From IMG/VR virus record IMGVR_UViG_3300021131_000004: DNA of 20,000 nucleotides; one strand, 5' to 3'. This DNA is from an uncultured virus (IMG/VR IMGVR_UViG_3300021131_000004). Lineage: Duplodnaviria > Heunggongvirae > Uroviricota > Caudoviricetes. The notes below the pieces were generated by a model that was given only the letters and a program-made list of their open reading frames with translations, had not been told where the DNA came from and did no database searches. This document shows positions 8,386 through 16,495 of the stretch, piece by piece (positions within the stretch are counted from its first letter, which is position 1; each line of letters starts with the position of its first letter). The translations under genes were made by a program, and so were the position numbers.

Positions 8386-10504
8386 ATTAGTCATCCTGTT
8401 ATTTATAGGTGTTTCTGTACATGCACAAACATTGCAACCTACAAATCTTCCCACTACCAATGCACCGAGTAGGTGGGATGATATTTTTGGTATCAGGGGA
8501 ATCATTACAATGTATCACGAAACAGATACATTCCCAAGTAAGTATCCTGCAATGATCAAGCACTTGAATCATAAGTATTACACTACGAATGGTAATGGTG
8601 CTCCTTGGACTGAATTAGGTGGAAGTGGGAAGGCGTATTATACAATTAACCCTGCTCCAGATAGTTCTTATGTGACGATTAAAAGTTTGGACGGAACTCA
8701 GATAGACACTATAAAATTCATTGATTTAAATCAGACCGCAGTAGGGGATAAAAATCTTACGATGAATAACTCCGGTGCCGGAGCACCTAGCGGAACTGTA
8801 TTTGATAGAACTGTAAATTTAGTGCTCTCGTATAACACTATTGGGGCGAGTCCTCTTGCAGGATCATCTTCACTTACTACAGTAGGATCATTAACAAGTG
8901 GTGCTATCCCATATTCATTACTGACTGGAACTATACCTACATGGAATCAGAACACCACAGGAACGGCAGCAAATATCACAGCGACATCTAACAGCACATT
9001 GGTCACGTTATCTTCCCTATCGCTTCCGTATAGCCAATTAACGGGAGTTCCGACTACATCAGCAACTTTAACTGTAAATAGTTCTGGTAGTGGTGATGCT
9101 AGTCCATCATTATACAATGGGAGTACGGCAAGAACGATATCGTACAATACTGTTGGTGCCCAACCATTGGAAAACCAAAGATTATCGACAGGGAATAATG
9201 TGACATTTGCAAATACAACAGCCACAGAATTTATAAAATCAGGGGCCACAGCATCGCAAATTCTTGCAGGAGATGGAAGTGTTATCACTGCTGGTACAAA
9301 TATTACTATTTCAGGAGGTGTAATTTCTGCTGCCGGTGGCGGTGGAACTTCTTCTTCTCTTACGATGAACAATAGTGGAACAGGAGCTGCTTCAGGAACG
9401 ACATTTAATGGGTCAGTGCCACAAACGATATCGTATAACACTATTGGTGCTTATCCTGCTTCAAATCCAAGTGGTTATATTACTAATTCCGTAACTACAT
9501 TATCATCATTAAGTTTGCCATATAGCCAACTAACTGGCGTACCAACAATCCCAACAAGTCTACCTACGCCAAATGCGTTATCTGTAGGGTCATCATTGGC
9601 ATTTACGTCAGGAACTACATTTGACGGATCAGTAGCAAGAACTGTAGATGCAATACAAGATATAAGGACAAGTGCTACTCCAAGCTTTACAGGATTAGTA
9701 GTTACAGGGAGTACTAATGCAACCTCCACAACGACAGGGGCATTAAAGGTGAATGGAGGTATTGGACTAGGTGGAAACGCTTGGGCAAATGGCACTTCTT
9801 CTCTTCTGACAAATGGAAATGCTGGTGGGTTCAATACAGCAATGGGGTCTTCGGGGGGGCCTAATTATACTACAGTTATATCAGCCGCTAATAATTCTCA
9901 AAGAATGGCTATTATAGCCCAGGATGCAGGAGGATTAGTTAGATTTTATGAAGGATCGAATTACTTTGATTTTTCTTCAAATACACTATCTGTAAGCAAT
10001 ATAGCAGCAACCTCTTCAACATCTAGTACAACGAGTTCTACGGGAGCATTAGTTGTGACTGGAGGATTGGGTGTTGGGGGGGCAAGTAATTTTGGCAGTA
10101 GTATCACATCTAACTCATTTATAAAATCAGGACATACAGGCACGAATGTTTTAGTTGACGATGGAACTTCGTTAGCTTATTCTACTTCTGCTACAGCGAG
10201 TACTTTAGCAGAAAGAGATGGCAGTGGAAATTTAAATGCAGTTGGATTTTTTGAGACTTCAGATATCCGTTTAAAAAATGTAATTGCTAATAGAGGCGAT
10301 ATGATTTTATTTAAGTGGAAGCCTGAATTAAAGATGGATAAAAAACTACACTTCGGTTACTCGGCACAAGCGGTGCAAAAAGATTTTCCTGATTTGGTTA
10401 AGGTAGACGAAAACGGTAATTTAGCGGTAGATTATATTCAGGTATTAGTGAAGAAAGTAAACGATTTAGAAGCAGAAATAAAAGAGTTAAAAAAGCATAA
10501 ATGA
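8366..10504 (+). CDS. Tail-fibre-like protein with N-terminal signal peptide and C-terminal peptidase S74 (intramolecular chaperone) domain, 712 aa
   Basis: Begins MLKYLFKLVILLFIGVSVHA|Q. Ser/Thr/Gly-rich repeats and two STTTGALxVxGGxGxGG-type fibre motifs. C-terminal SDIRLK...FKWK...HFGYSAQAVQKDFPDLV...LAVDYIQ plus coiled coil (10259-10504) is the S74 autocleavage chaperone signature. Confidence 0.8.
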   Translation: MLKYLFKLVILLFIGVSVHAQTLQPTNLPTTNAPSRWDDIFGIRGIITMYHETDTFPSKYPAMIKHLNHKYYTTNGNGAPWTELGGSGKAYYTINPAPDSSYVTIKSLDGTQIDTIKFIDLNQTAVGDKNLTMNNSGAGAPSGTVFDRTVNLVLSYNTIGASPLAGSSSLTTVGSLTSGAIPYSLLTGTIPTWNQNTTGTAANITATSNSTLVTLSSLSLPYSQLTGVPTTSATLTVNSSGSGDASPSLYNGSTARTISYNTVGAQPLENQRLSTGNNVTFANTTATEFIKSGATASQILAGDGSVITAGTNITISGGVISAAGGGGTSSSLTMNNSGTGAASGTTFNGSVPQTISYNTIGAYPASNPSGYITNSVTTLSSLSLPYSQLTGVPTIPTSLPTPNALSVGSSLAFTSGTTFDGSVARTVDAIQDIRTSATPSFTGLVVTGSTNATSTTTGALKVNGGIGLGGNAWANGTSSLLTNGNAGGFNTAMGSSGGPNYTTVISAANNSQRMAIIAQDAGGLVRFYEGSNYFDFSSNTLSVSNIAATSSTSSTTSSTGALVVTGGLGVGGASNFGSSITSNSFIKSGHTGTNVLVDDGTSLAYSTSATASTLAERDGSGNLNAVGFFETSDIRLKNVIANRGDMILFKWKPELKMDKKLHFGYSAQAVQKDFPDLVKVDENGNLAVDYIQVLVKKVNDLEAEIKELKKHK
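8756..9547 (+). repeat. Internal coding repeats in the S74 fibre
   Basis: Three 31-aa units LT(M/V)NxSGxG...SYNT(I/V)GA at 8756-8848, 9068-9160 and 9359-9451. The identical 17-aa TLSSLSLPYSQLTGVPT occurs at 9005-9055 and 9497-9547. Confidence 0.9.
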
Positions 10505-11076
10505 AAAAGGTTGTTATTATAATTTTATTATTCATCTCCAATATTTCTTTTGGGCAATACTCAGGGTTAGCAACTAACCAGGCAGTATCTCAAAATAATT
10601 TTAACTACGCAATGATAGGTAGTCCTTATCTTCAGGCTAAGGGCGTTGTTCCTAATGGATACAATTCTCCTTATATGCTTACCAAGGCACAGGCTATTGC
10701 TGCATATTGGATTGACACTACAAATACTTATTTAGCACCCAAGCCGCAAAATCAAGTTGTTGTAAAGAGGGATATTACACCTTATACATTCACTTCATTT
10801 TTCCCTCATTCACATTCTATTGCTCAGATAAATTCTAGTGGAGCTTGTGGAACTACGTTAGCGAACATAGCACCAATGTATACATCAAGTAATTCTGCTC
10901 CTGTAGCTGGTGTTACTGTGTTTTATTCTAATCCATCTTTAACTACTACCTATGGTGGATCTAATCAGTGGTGGTTAGTAACATACGGTAGTGCTTATTA
11001 TGTAGTACAAATAAATGGAGTAGGATTATGTATCGCTCTTGGCACTTGTTCAACACCACCTGCAAAAACATATTAA
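10501..11076 (+). CDS. Signal-peptide-bearing fibre-associated (tip-like) protein, 191 aa
   Basis: Begins MKKVVIIILLFISNISFG|Q. ATGA overlap with the S74 fibre stop codon. The C-terminal Cys-bracketed domain (10846-11049) is related to those of the 950-aa protein. Confidence 0.6.
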   Translation: MKKVVIIILLFISNISFGQYSGLATNQAVSQNNFNYAMIGSPYLQAKGVVPNGYNSPYMLTKAQAIAAYWIDTTNTYLAPKPQNQVVVKRDITPYTFTSFFPHSHSIAQINSSGACGTTLANIAPMYTSSNSAPVAGVTVFYSNPSLTTTYGGSNQWWLVTYGSAYYVVQINGVGLCIALGTCSTPPAKTY

Positions 11077-11078
11077 AT

Positions 11079-12410
11079 ATGAAAAAATTATTTTTATTTT
11101 TACTTCTGCTTCCTACATTATTATTTGCTCAGAAGAGTGTACCTATTAAGGTAAGGAGTTCTTTTGACTCAACTGTTTTAAATCCTTACAAGAAAGCTTA
11201 TTATACCATTAACCAAGCATTAGATAGCTCTTATGTAACTATTCAAAGTATAGACCATGCTCAAATTGATACTATAAAGTTTTCTGGAGGAACAGGTGTC
11301 ATAAATAACGCAGTGCCATCGTTTATATATCCTGACATTACAGTCAGGGGTATTGTTACAGGCCTTTTGACGTTTAATCCATTGGCTATTGTTAGGTACA
11401 CAAACCCATCTATATATCCATTGTTTTCAACATACACCTCTTCCAACCCAATAGGTAATATTAATATAACAGAAAATACAACTTCTTCAGGGATATCATA
11501 CATATCATTTAATAATATCGATGAGTTTGGTTGTAATATATCACTTACATCATTAAATATCAATGACACTATAGAATTTAAGAGTACAAATTTTAGCCAA
11601 CATGGTTTAGCTGCAACTCTTTCCGGAACAAGTATCAGAAATTTATTTTTAAATAATTACTTGGCCAGTATAATAGTGACTGTGAATGGGTGTAATATCA
11701 ATAATATTAAAATACCCTCCCAATGGTATTATAATAACAGTTATCTAACAAATGGAATTTCAGCTCAGTTCTCTTTTAATTCTTCAAACATAAGTTCGCT
11801 ATCACAATTAGACAGTTTAAGATACCCTTATATATCATTTAGTTCTTGTAATAATTTACCTAGGAAATTATTAATGCACACTGCTATATCGAACAATATT
11901 AGTATGCAGAATGATTCTACTGAATTAATTAACCTACCTGCATTTATAGGAGATACTTTGAGCGCAAATGTGTATATAACTTCAATATATACACTAGACA
12001 CAGTTCTAATACATAATATGCACAATGGACAATTATACATCGGCAACAGTAATAATTTATTGTATGTAGATGCTAGTACTTATGATTCTATAGCGTATGC
12101 AGGAGCCTATTTCCAAATAACAAATAACCCCTTACTAACAAAGATATTATGGCCATCCAGTATGAATTGGCAAACATTTAGAAATTCAGGAGCTACTGTT
12201 CAGGCTATATTTAGTGGCAACGCCCTAGACCAAACAACAGTGGATAATATTATTATATCTTTTGCATCTTTAAACGGCAGTGGTGGTAAGGGTCTTGTGT
12301 TTACAGGTCAGTTAGATTTAAGCGGAGGAACTAACTCCCCTCCATCTGCGGCATCAGCATCAGCACTAGCATCATTAATAGCTCAAGGAGCAACAGTCAC
12401 CCACAACTAA
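11079..12410 (+). CDS. Signal-peptide-bearing leucine-rich-repeat-like adhesin or receptor-binding protein, 443 aa (start revised from 11028)
   Basis: ATG at 11079, just after the upstream stop, gives MKKLFLFLLLLPTLLFA|Q. Asn/Ile/Leu-periodic body (ISFSSCNNL, YIGNSNNLLYVD, FQITNNPLLTKI). The C-terminus NALDQTTVDNIIISF...LDLSGGTNSPPS...LIAQGATVTHN resembles the cap seen on BspA/LRR-like phage proteins. Confidence 0.65.
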   Translation: MKKLFLFLLLLPTLLFAQKSVPIKVRSSFDSTVLNPYKKAYYTINQALDSSYVTIQSIDHAQIDTIKFSGGTGVINNAVPSFIYPDITVRGIVTGLLTFNPLAIVRYTNPSIYPLFSTYTSSNPIGNINITENTTSSGISYISFNNIDEFGCNISLTSLNINDTIEFKSTNFSQHGLAATLSGTSIRNLFLNNYLASIIVTVNGCNINNIKIPSQWYYNNSYLTNGISAQFSFNSSNISSLSQLDSLRYPYISFSSCNNLPRKLLMHTAISNNISMQNDSTELINLPAFIGDTLSANVYITSIYTLDTVLIHNMHNGQLYIGNSNNLLYVDASTYDSIAYAGAYFQITNNPLLTKILWPSSMNWQTFRNSGATVQAIFSGNALDQTTVDNIIISFASLNGSGGKGLVFTGQLDLSGGTNSPPSAASASALASLIAQGATVTHN

Positions 12411-12419
12411 AAGTAAATT

Positions 12420-15400
12420 ATGAAAAAACTACTCATACTACTATTCTTTATACCTGTAATTATTTCTGCTCAAAAGGTTGTGGTGGTCAAGCTTCCTAAT
12501 TTTGACACAACTACATTAAATAGATTTTTGCCATTAACAGCAGGGCCATTATTCCCATTGACAGGGAGCTTGTATACAAATACTCCATCAAGTGTAGGTG
12601 GTGATACAGCATTACATATTACAACTAATATGACAAGTGCTACAGGTGGTAATGTTAGCAGTGGATTGAATATTGGATTGAATATTGGAAATGCAGCAAA
12701 CCCTAATTATAGTAGTTATAAAGGCATCGATATATTAGCTCCTACAATTGACCCAAGTTGGACAAGCTATCTTTCAGATTATGCCGCAATAACTATTGAG
12801 GATATGGGTTCTTTAAGTGTTGATAATGCTAGGTATGCTATAAATCAATTAGGACCATATGACCACAATCGTTTTAATGGAAATGTATATGTTAATAATT
12901 ATTTTACTTCTGAGAATGACATACAAGGAAATGCAAGAATAACATCTGTAAAAGGTTTTATCCTAAATGGAAACACTACTGTGAGTAATTATAATTCATT
13001 ATACAGTCCAAATCCTTTAAATTTAGGTGTCCAAATTCAATTGGATGTCGATCCTATTGTTGGTAATAATTACAGCAACATTGTAAGTAAATTATTCTAT
13101 AGTCCAGCATCTACAGGTACACAAAACTTTACTTCTGATAATAGGACATTTCTTTCTAGTATTTCAGCAATTAATCAATATGATCCTTCTAATGGTCATT
13201 TTACAGGTAATCCATCAAGCTTCAGAGCGTATGCAGACCTTCAAGAATCTGGCGCTGGAATAATGGATAGTGTTTCATTAATTCAAACAGGGGTTCCAAT
13301 GGCTGTTTTTGGTTCAGAATTCAATGGAACACTAAGTAATGCGATTGGATTATATGTAAATGATATGACTTCAAGTGATATATTAGGACACATCACAAAC
13401 AGATATGGAATATACCAAGCTGGTACTACTGATTCAGTTCACTTATCTGGTCCAACCAGGGTCGCTAATTATTTATTTGCAAACTCTTTAGGATCTGTAG
13501 ATTTAATTTCTCCAAATAATTCAACAAGAGGAATTATCTATTCAGACACAAATGGTAAGTTAGAGATGGATGTGGCAGACTTAGTATGGAATGATTCTTT
13601 AAAATACCTTGGGATACATACTAGCGTTCCTAATTATCCAATAGATATTCATAATGCTGCAAATAATATGTTGGCGTTAAATAATACTGCTACAGGTGGA
13701 GCTTTTATGCTATATCAATCGTCAGGAACTACAAAGTGGAAGACTGGTTATAATGCAGGTACCAATAGTTATGACATCGCAAATATTTCAAATTTAACAA
13801 CTCCATTAAGTATAAGTGCTGTTACGAACAGGGCTTTTTTTACTGATACAGTATCAGCTAGTTCTTTTGTTAAAACAGGAGGTACAGCATCACAGATCAT
13901 GGCTGCTAATGGTTCAAACATAACAGCAGGTACAGGGATAACAATTTCCGGTGGTACTATTTCTAGTACTGGCTCAATGACTTATCCGGCAGCAGGTATT
14001 GCAGTTTCTACAGGATCAGCATGGACTACGTCAATAACAGATAATTCAGCGAATTGGAACACTGCGTATACGAATCGGATTTCTAGTTTAACCACAACAG
14101 GAAGTTCTGGAGCTGCTACATTAATTTCAAATGTATTAAATATACCTACAGTCACATTAGCAGGATTAGGAGCAGCACCTGCGTTTACTTATACAACAAA
14201 TTACATTCCATTTGGTCAGGGTACAACAACTCCGAATCAATCTGCGAATTTAACTTATAATGGAACGGCTTTATCTGCTCCACAACACTTAGCTACGCAA
14301 TCAACTTCAGGTTCTTCAGCTCAGGGAGCATTTGCTTATGGTACATTAAGTTATTCTGATATTAACCACATATTAACTATGCAGGGGAATCAGAATAGTT
14401 ATGTACAAATGGAGATTCAAAATACTAATTCAGGTACTGCGGCATCATCCGATGTTATTGTTACAAACAATAATGGTACTGCGACAACATTTTATGGTGA
14501 CTTCGGGATGAATAGTTCTGGATGGATAGGTGCTAACGCATTAAATGCCGCTAATATGGTTTACCTAACTGCTACTTCAGGGGATTTAGCTTTAGGTACA
14601 ACAACTTCAAACGCTATTCACTTTGTTATAAATGGAGGTACAGATGCTGTAACAATATCAACATCAGGAACGGTAACCATTCCTAATTTAGGCACTGCTG
14701 GTATTGTAACAAATAGTGCTGCCGGATTATTGAGTACAACAAACGGAACAGGATTTATAAAGAATAATGGCTCAGGAGTATTTAGCTATGATAACTCAAC
14801 TTATCAACCCTTAGCAACAAATTTAACTTCTATAGGATCGTTAGCGAATTCTTCAGGAGTATTAAGCAATAATGGATCAGGAACATTTAGTTATACAAAC
14901 ACTCCATCACTAGGAGCAATAACTGCTACGAGTGTCAATGCGAGTGGATTTGTTTCAACGGCTGTTTATGCAGGTTCTTTTACTGATGGGATTATCATGG
15001 ATTACACTACAGGTACAGGAAGATTTAGCGTAGGTGCTTCAGATGGTTTTGCATGGTATACGGGAGGTCTTGCTAATACATCAATAGCAACTTTGTCAAG
15101 TGCCGGTGCGTTTACTGCGGCATCTTTTAACGGTAATATTTTCACGACAGGAAGTTCTACTTATACAGGAACGGCTGCTGCTACTTATACTTTTCCTACG
15201 GCATCAAAAACAATCGCTGCAAATGACGGTTCAAACTGGACTATCGCATCACAAGCAATTGGGGATATAGCTTATGCTACAAGTACAACCGCTTATGGTC
15301 GTTTAGCAGATGTGGCTGTAGGTTCTTATCTAAGATCAGGTGGTGTAGGTACTGCTCCGTTATGGTCTACTTTAATTTTACCTAACGCTGCGACTGTCGG

Positions 15401-16121
15401 AGATATAATGTATGCATCTTCTGCAAACACAATCACTTCTTTAGCAGATATAGCATCAGGTGCTCCTTTAATAAGTGGTGGTGTTGGTGTTGTACCAGCT
15501 TATGCGGCATATAAACTAGCAGGTACATCTGCTGCGACATATACATTTCCCACAGCAACTAAAACTATTGCTGCGAATGATGGAACAAACTGGACTATAT
15601 CTGGTCAAGCTATCGGTGATATTCCTGTAGCATCTTCAACAACGGCTTATGGAAAATTAGCAGATGTTGCTGTAGGATCAGCATTAATTTCAGGTGGTGT
15701 TGGTGTTGCTCCTTCTTGGGGTACTGTGCCTATTGCCGCAGGAGGAACAGCCGCAACAACAGCCGCTGCCGCTTTAGCTAACTTAGGTGCAATGGCCGCT
15801 AATACAACGGCTACTGTTTTAACACCAGGTACCACAGTAACATGGACTCCTGTTGCAGGTGTGAATCAGTATACATTAACTCCGGCACAGACAGAGACAT
15901 TGAATATGGGTACTATCCCTCCAGCTTTAGTAGGACAGGAAGTTTATTTAGAGGTAAATACTTCTGGTACTACATCATTTACAATCACATTTGGTACGAA
16001 TATAAAAACAGCAACAACGACATTAGCTACAGGTACTGTTACCGCAAAATTATTTGTGATAGCATACCTGATTCAGAGTACAACAAACGTAGTAGAATTA
16101 TATAGAACTGTTGCTCAATAA
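12420..16121 (+). CDS. Long signal-peptide-bearing tail-fibre-like protein, 1233 aa
   Basis: Begins MKKLLILLFFIPVIISA|Q. Very rich in Thr/Ser/Gly/Ala/Asn, with fibre-type motifs (LGIHTSVPNYPIDI, TAGTGITISGGTIS, GDIxYASS, VPIAAGGTAATTAAAALANLG) and a beta-rich C-terminal domain. Confidence 0.75.
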   Translation: MKKLLILLFFIPVIISAQKVVVVKLPNFDTTTLNRFLPLTAGPLFPLTGSLYTNTPSSVGGDTALHITTNMTSATGGNVSSGLNIGLNIGNAANPNYSSYKGIDILAPTIDPSWTSYLSDYAAITIEDMGSLSVDNARYAINQLGPYDHNRFNGNVYVNNYFTSENDIQGNARITSVKGFILNGNTTVSNYNSLYSPNPLNLGVQIQLDVDPIVGNNYSNIVSKLFYSPASTGTQNFTSDNRTFLSSISAINQYDPSNGHFTGNPSSFRAYADLQESGAGIMDSVSLIQTGVPMAVFGSEFNGTLSNAIGLYVNDMTSSDILGHITNRYGIYQAGTTDSVHLSGPTRVANYLFANSLGSVDLISPNNSTRGIIYSDTNGKLEMDVADLVWNDSLKYLGIHTSVPNYPIDIHNAANNMLALNNTATGGAFMLYQSSGTTKWKTGYNAGTNSYDIANISNLTTPLSISAVTNRAFFTDTVSASSFVKTGGTASQIMAANGSNITAGTGITISGGTISSTGSMTYPAAGIAVSTGSAWTTSITDNSANWNTAYTNRISSLTTTGSSGAATLISNVLNIPTVTLAGLGAAPAFTYTTNYIPFGQGTTTPNQSANLTYNGTALSAPQHLATQSTSGSSAQGAFAYGTLSYSDINHILTMQGNQNSYVQMEIQNTNSGTAASSDVIVTNNNGTATTFYGDFGMNSSGWIGANALNAANMVYLTATSGDLALGTTTSNAIHFVINGGTDAVTISTSGTVTIPNLGTAGIVTNSAAGLLSTTNGTGFIKNNGSGVFSYDNSTYQPLATNLTSIGSLANSSGVLSNNGSGTFSYTNTPSLGAITATSVNASGFVSTAVYAGSFTDGIIMDYTTGTGRFSVGASDGFAWYTGGLANTSIATLSSAGAFTAASFNGNIFTTGSSTYTGTAAATYTFPTASKTIAANDGSNWTIASQAIGDIAYATSTTAYGRLADVAVGSYLRSGGVGTAPLWSTLILPNAATVGDIMYASSANTITSLADIASGAPLISGGVGVVPAYAAYKLAGTSAATYTFPTATKTIAANDGTNWTISGQAIGDIPVASSTTAYGKLADVAVGSALISGGVGVAPSWGTVPIAAGGTAATTAAAALANLGAMAANTTATVLTPGTTVTWTPVAGVNQYTLTPAQTETLNMGTIPPALVGQEVYLEVNTSGTTSFTITFGTNIKTATTTLATGTVTAKLFVIAYLIQSTTNVVELYRTVAQ
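15168..15725 (+). repeat. Internal duplication: two 68-aa units spaced 354 nt apart
   Basis: 15168-15371 versus 15522-15725 share 54 of 68 residues by manual alignment. A third partial GDIMYASS...LISGGVGVVP unit lies between them. Confidence 0.9.
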
Positions 16122-16167
16122 TTATTAAATTTGAATTCTAAATTATAAACTAAAAAAACAACTAAGC

Positions 16168-16428
16168 ATGAAAAAACTATTAGTAGCAATTGCAATGTTT
16201 ACAGTATTTAACGCATCTGCACAGGAAAAACCAAAGACGGTGGTAGATAAACCACAACAGGACACTATCATTCAATTGAACTTCTCGAAGCAGGAGTACA
16301 TTGATTTTATCACGAAAATTAATTTATCTGTAGATAGTAAGTCTAAGACAGATGAAATTTTTAATTTTGTAAAAAACGCTTACAAGGTAGTAATAGCCGA
16401 TAAGCCGAAGACTGCTGCTAATAAATAA
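16168..16428 (+). CDS. Small secreted protein, possible fibre assembly chaperone, 86 aa
   Basis: Begins MKKLLVAIAMFTVFNASA|Q, followed by a short strand-helix-helix-like body. Last gene of the fibre cluster. Function inferred from position only. Confidence 0.55.
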   Translation: MKKLLVAIAMFTVFNASAQEKPKTVVDKPQQDTIIQLNFSKQEYIDFITKINLSVDSKSKTDEIFNFVKNAYKVVIADKPKTAANK

Positions 16429-16442
16429 GTATTCGGTTTTTT
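16402..16442 (+). terminator. Possible weak terminator between the fibre and lysis genes
   Basis: AAGCCGAA (16402-16409) can pair with TTCGGTTT (16432-16439) with one G-U pair, plus ACT/AGT inside. Large loop, T-run to 16442. Overlaps the end of the 86-aa gene. Confidence 0.3.
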
Positions 16443-16495
16443 ATTTGATTAAATTGTTACACATATATAGATAATAGTTATAAATTTACTACATA

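Noticed and set aside
11028..11078. Track start at 11028 for the LRR-like gene
   Set aside because: It overlaps the upstream gene and masks the signal peptide. The ATG at 11079 is the better start.
15168..15725. Possible DGR template/variable repeat pair
   Set aside because: Differences are mostly synonymous and not adenine-specific, both copies are in-frame in one gene, and no reverse transcriptase is present in the window.
16126..16133. TAAATTTG matching the Bacteroidetes -7 promoter element (also TAAATTTA at 16481-16488)
   Set aside because: There is no properly spaced -33 TTTG element, and such octamers are common in AT-rich DNA.
8366..16428. Interpreting the exported cassette as ordinary bacterial chromosome or T9SS cargo genes
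   Set aside because: The cassette is embedded and tightly coupled between phage ring and lysis genes, shares a domain with the 950-aa phage protein, and shows no obvious T9SS C-terminal sorting domain. A host origin in the past is not excluded.
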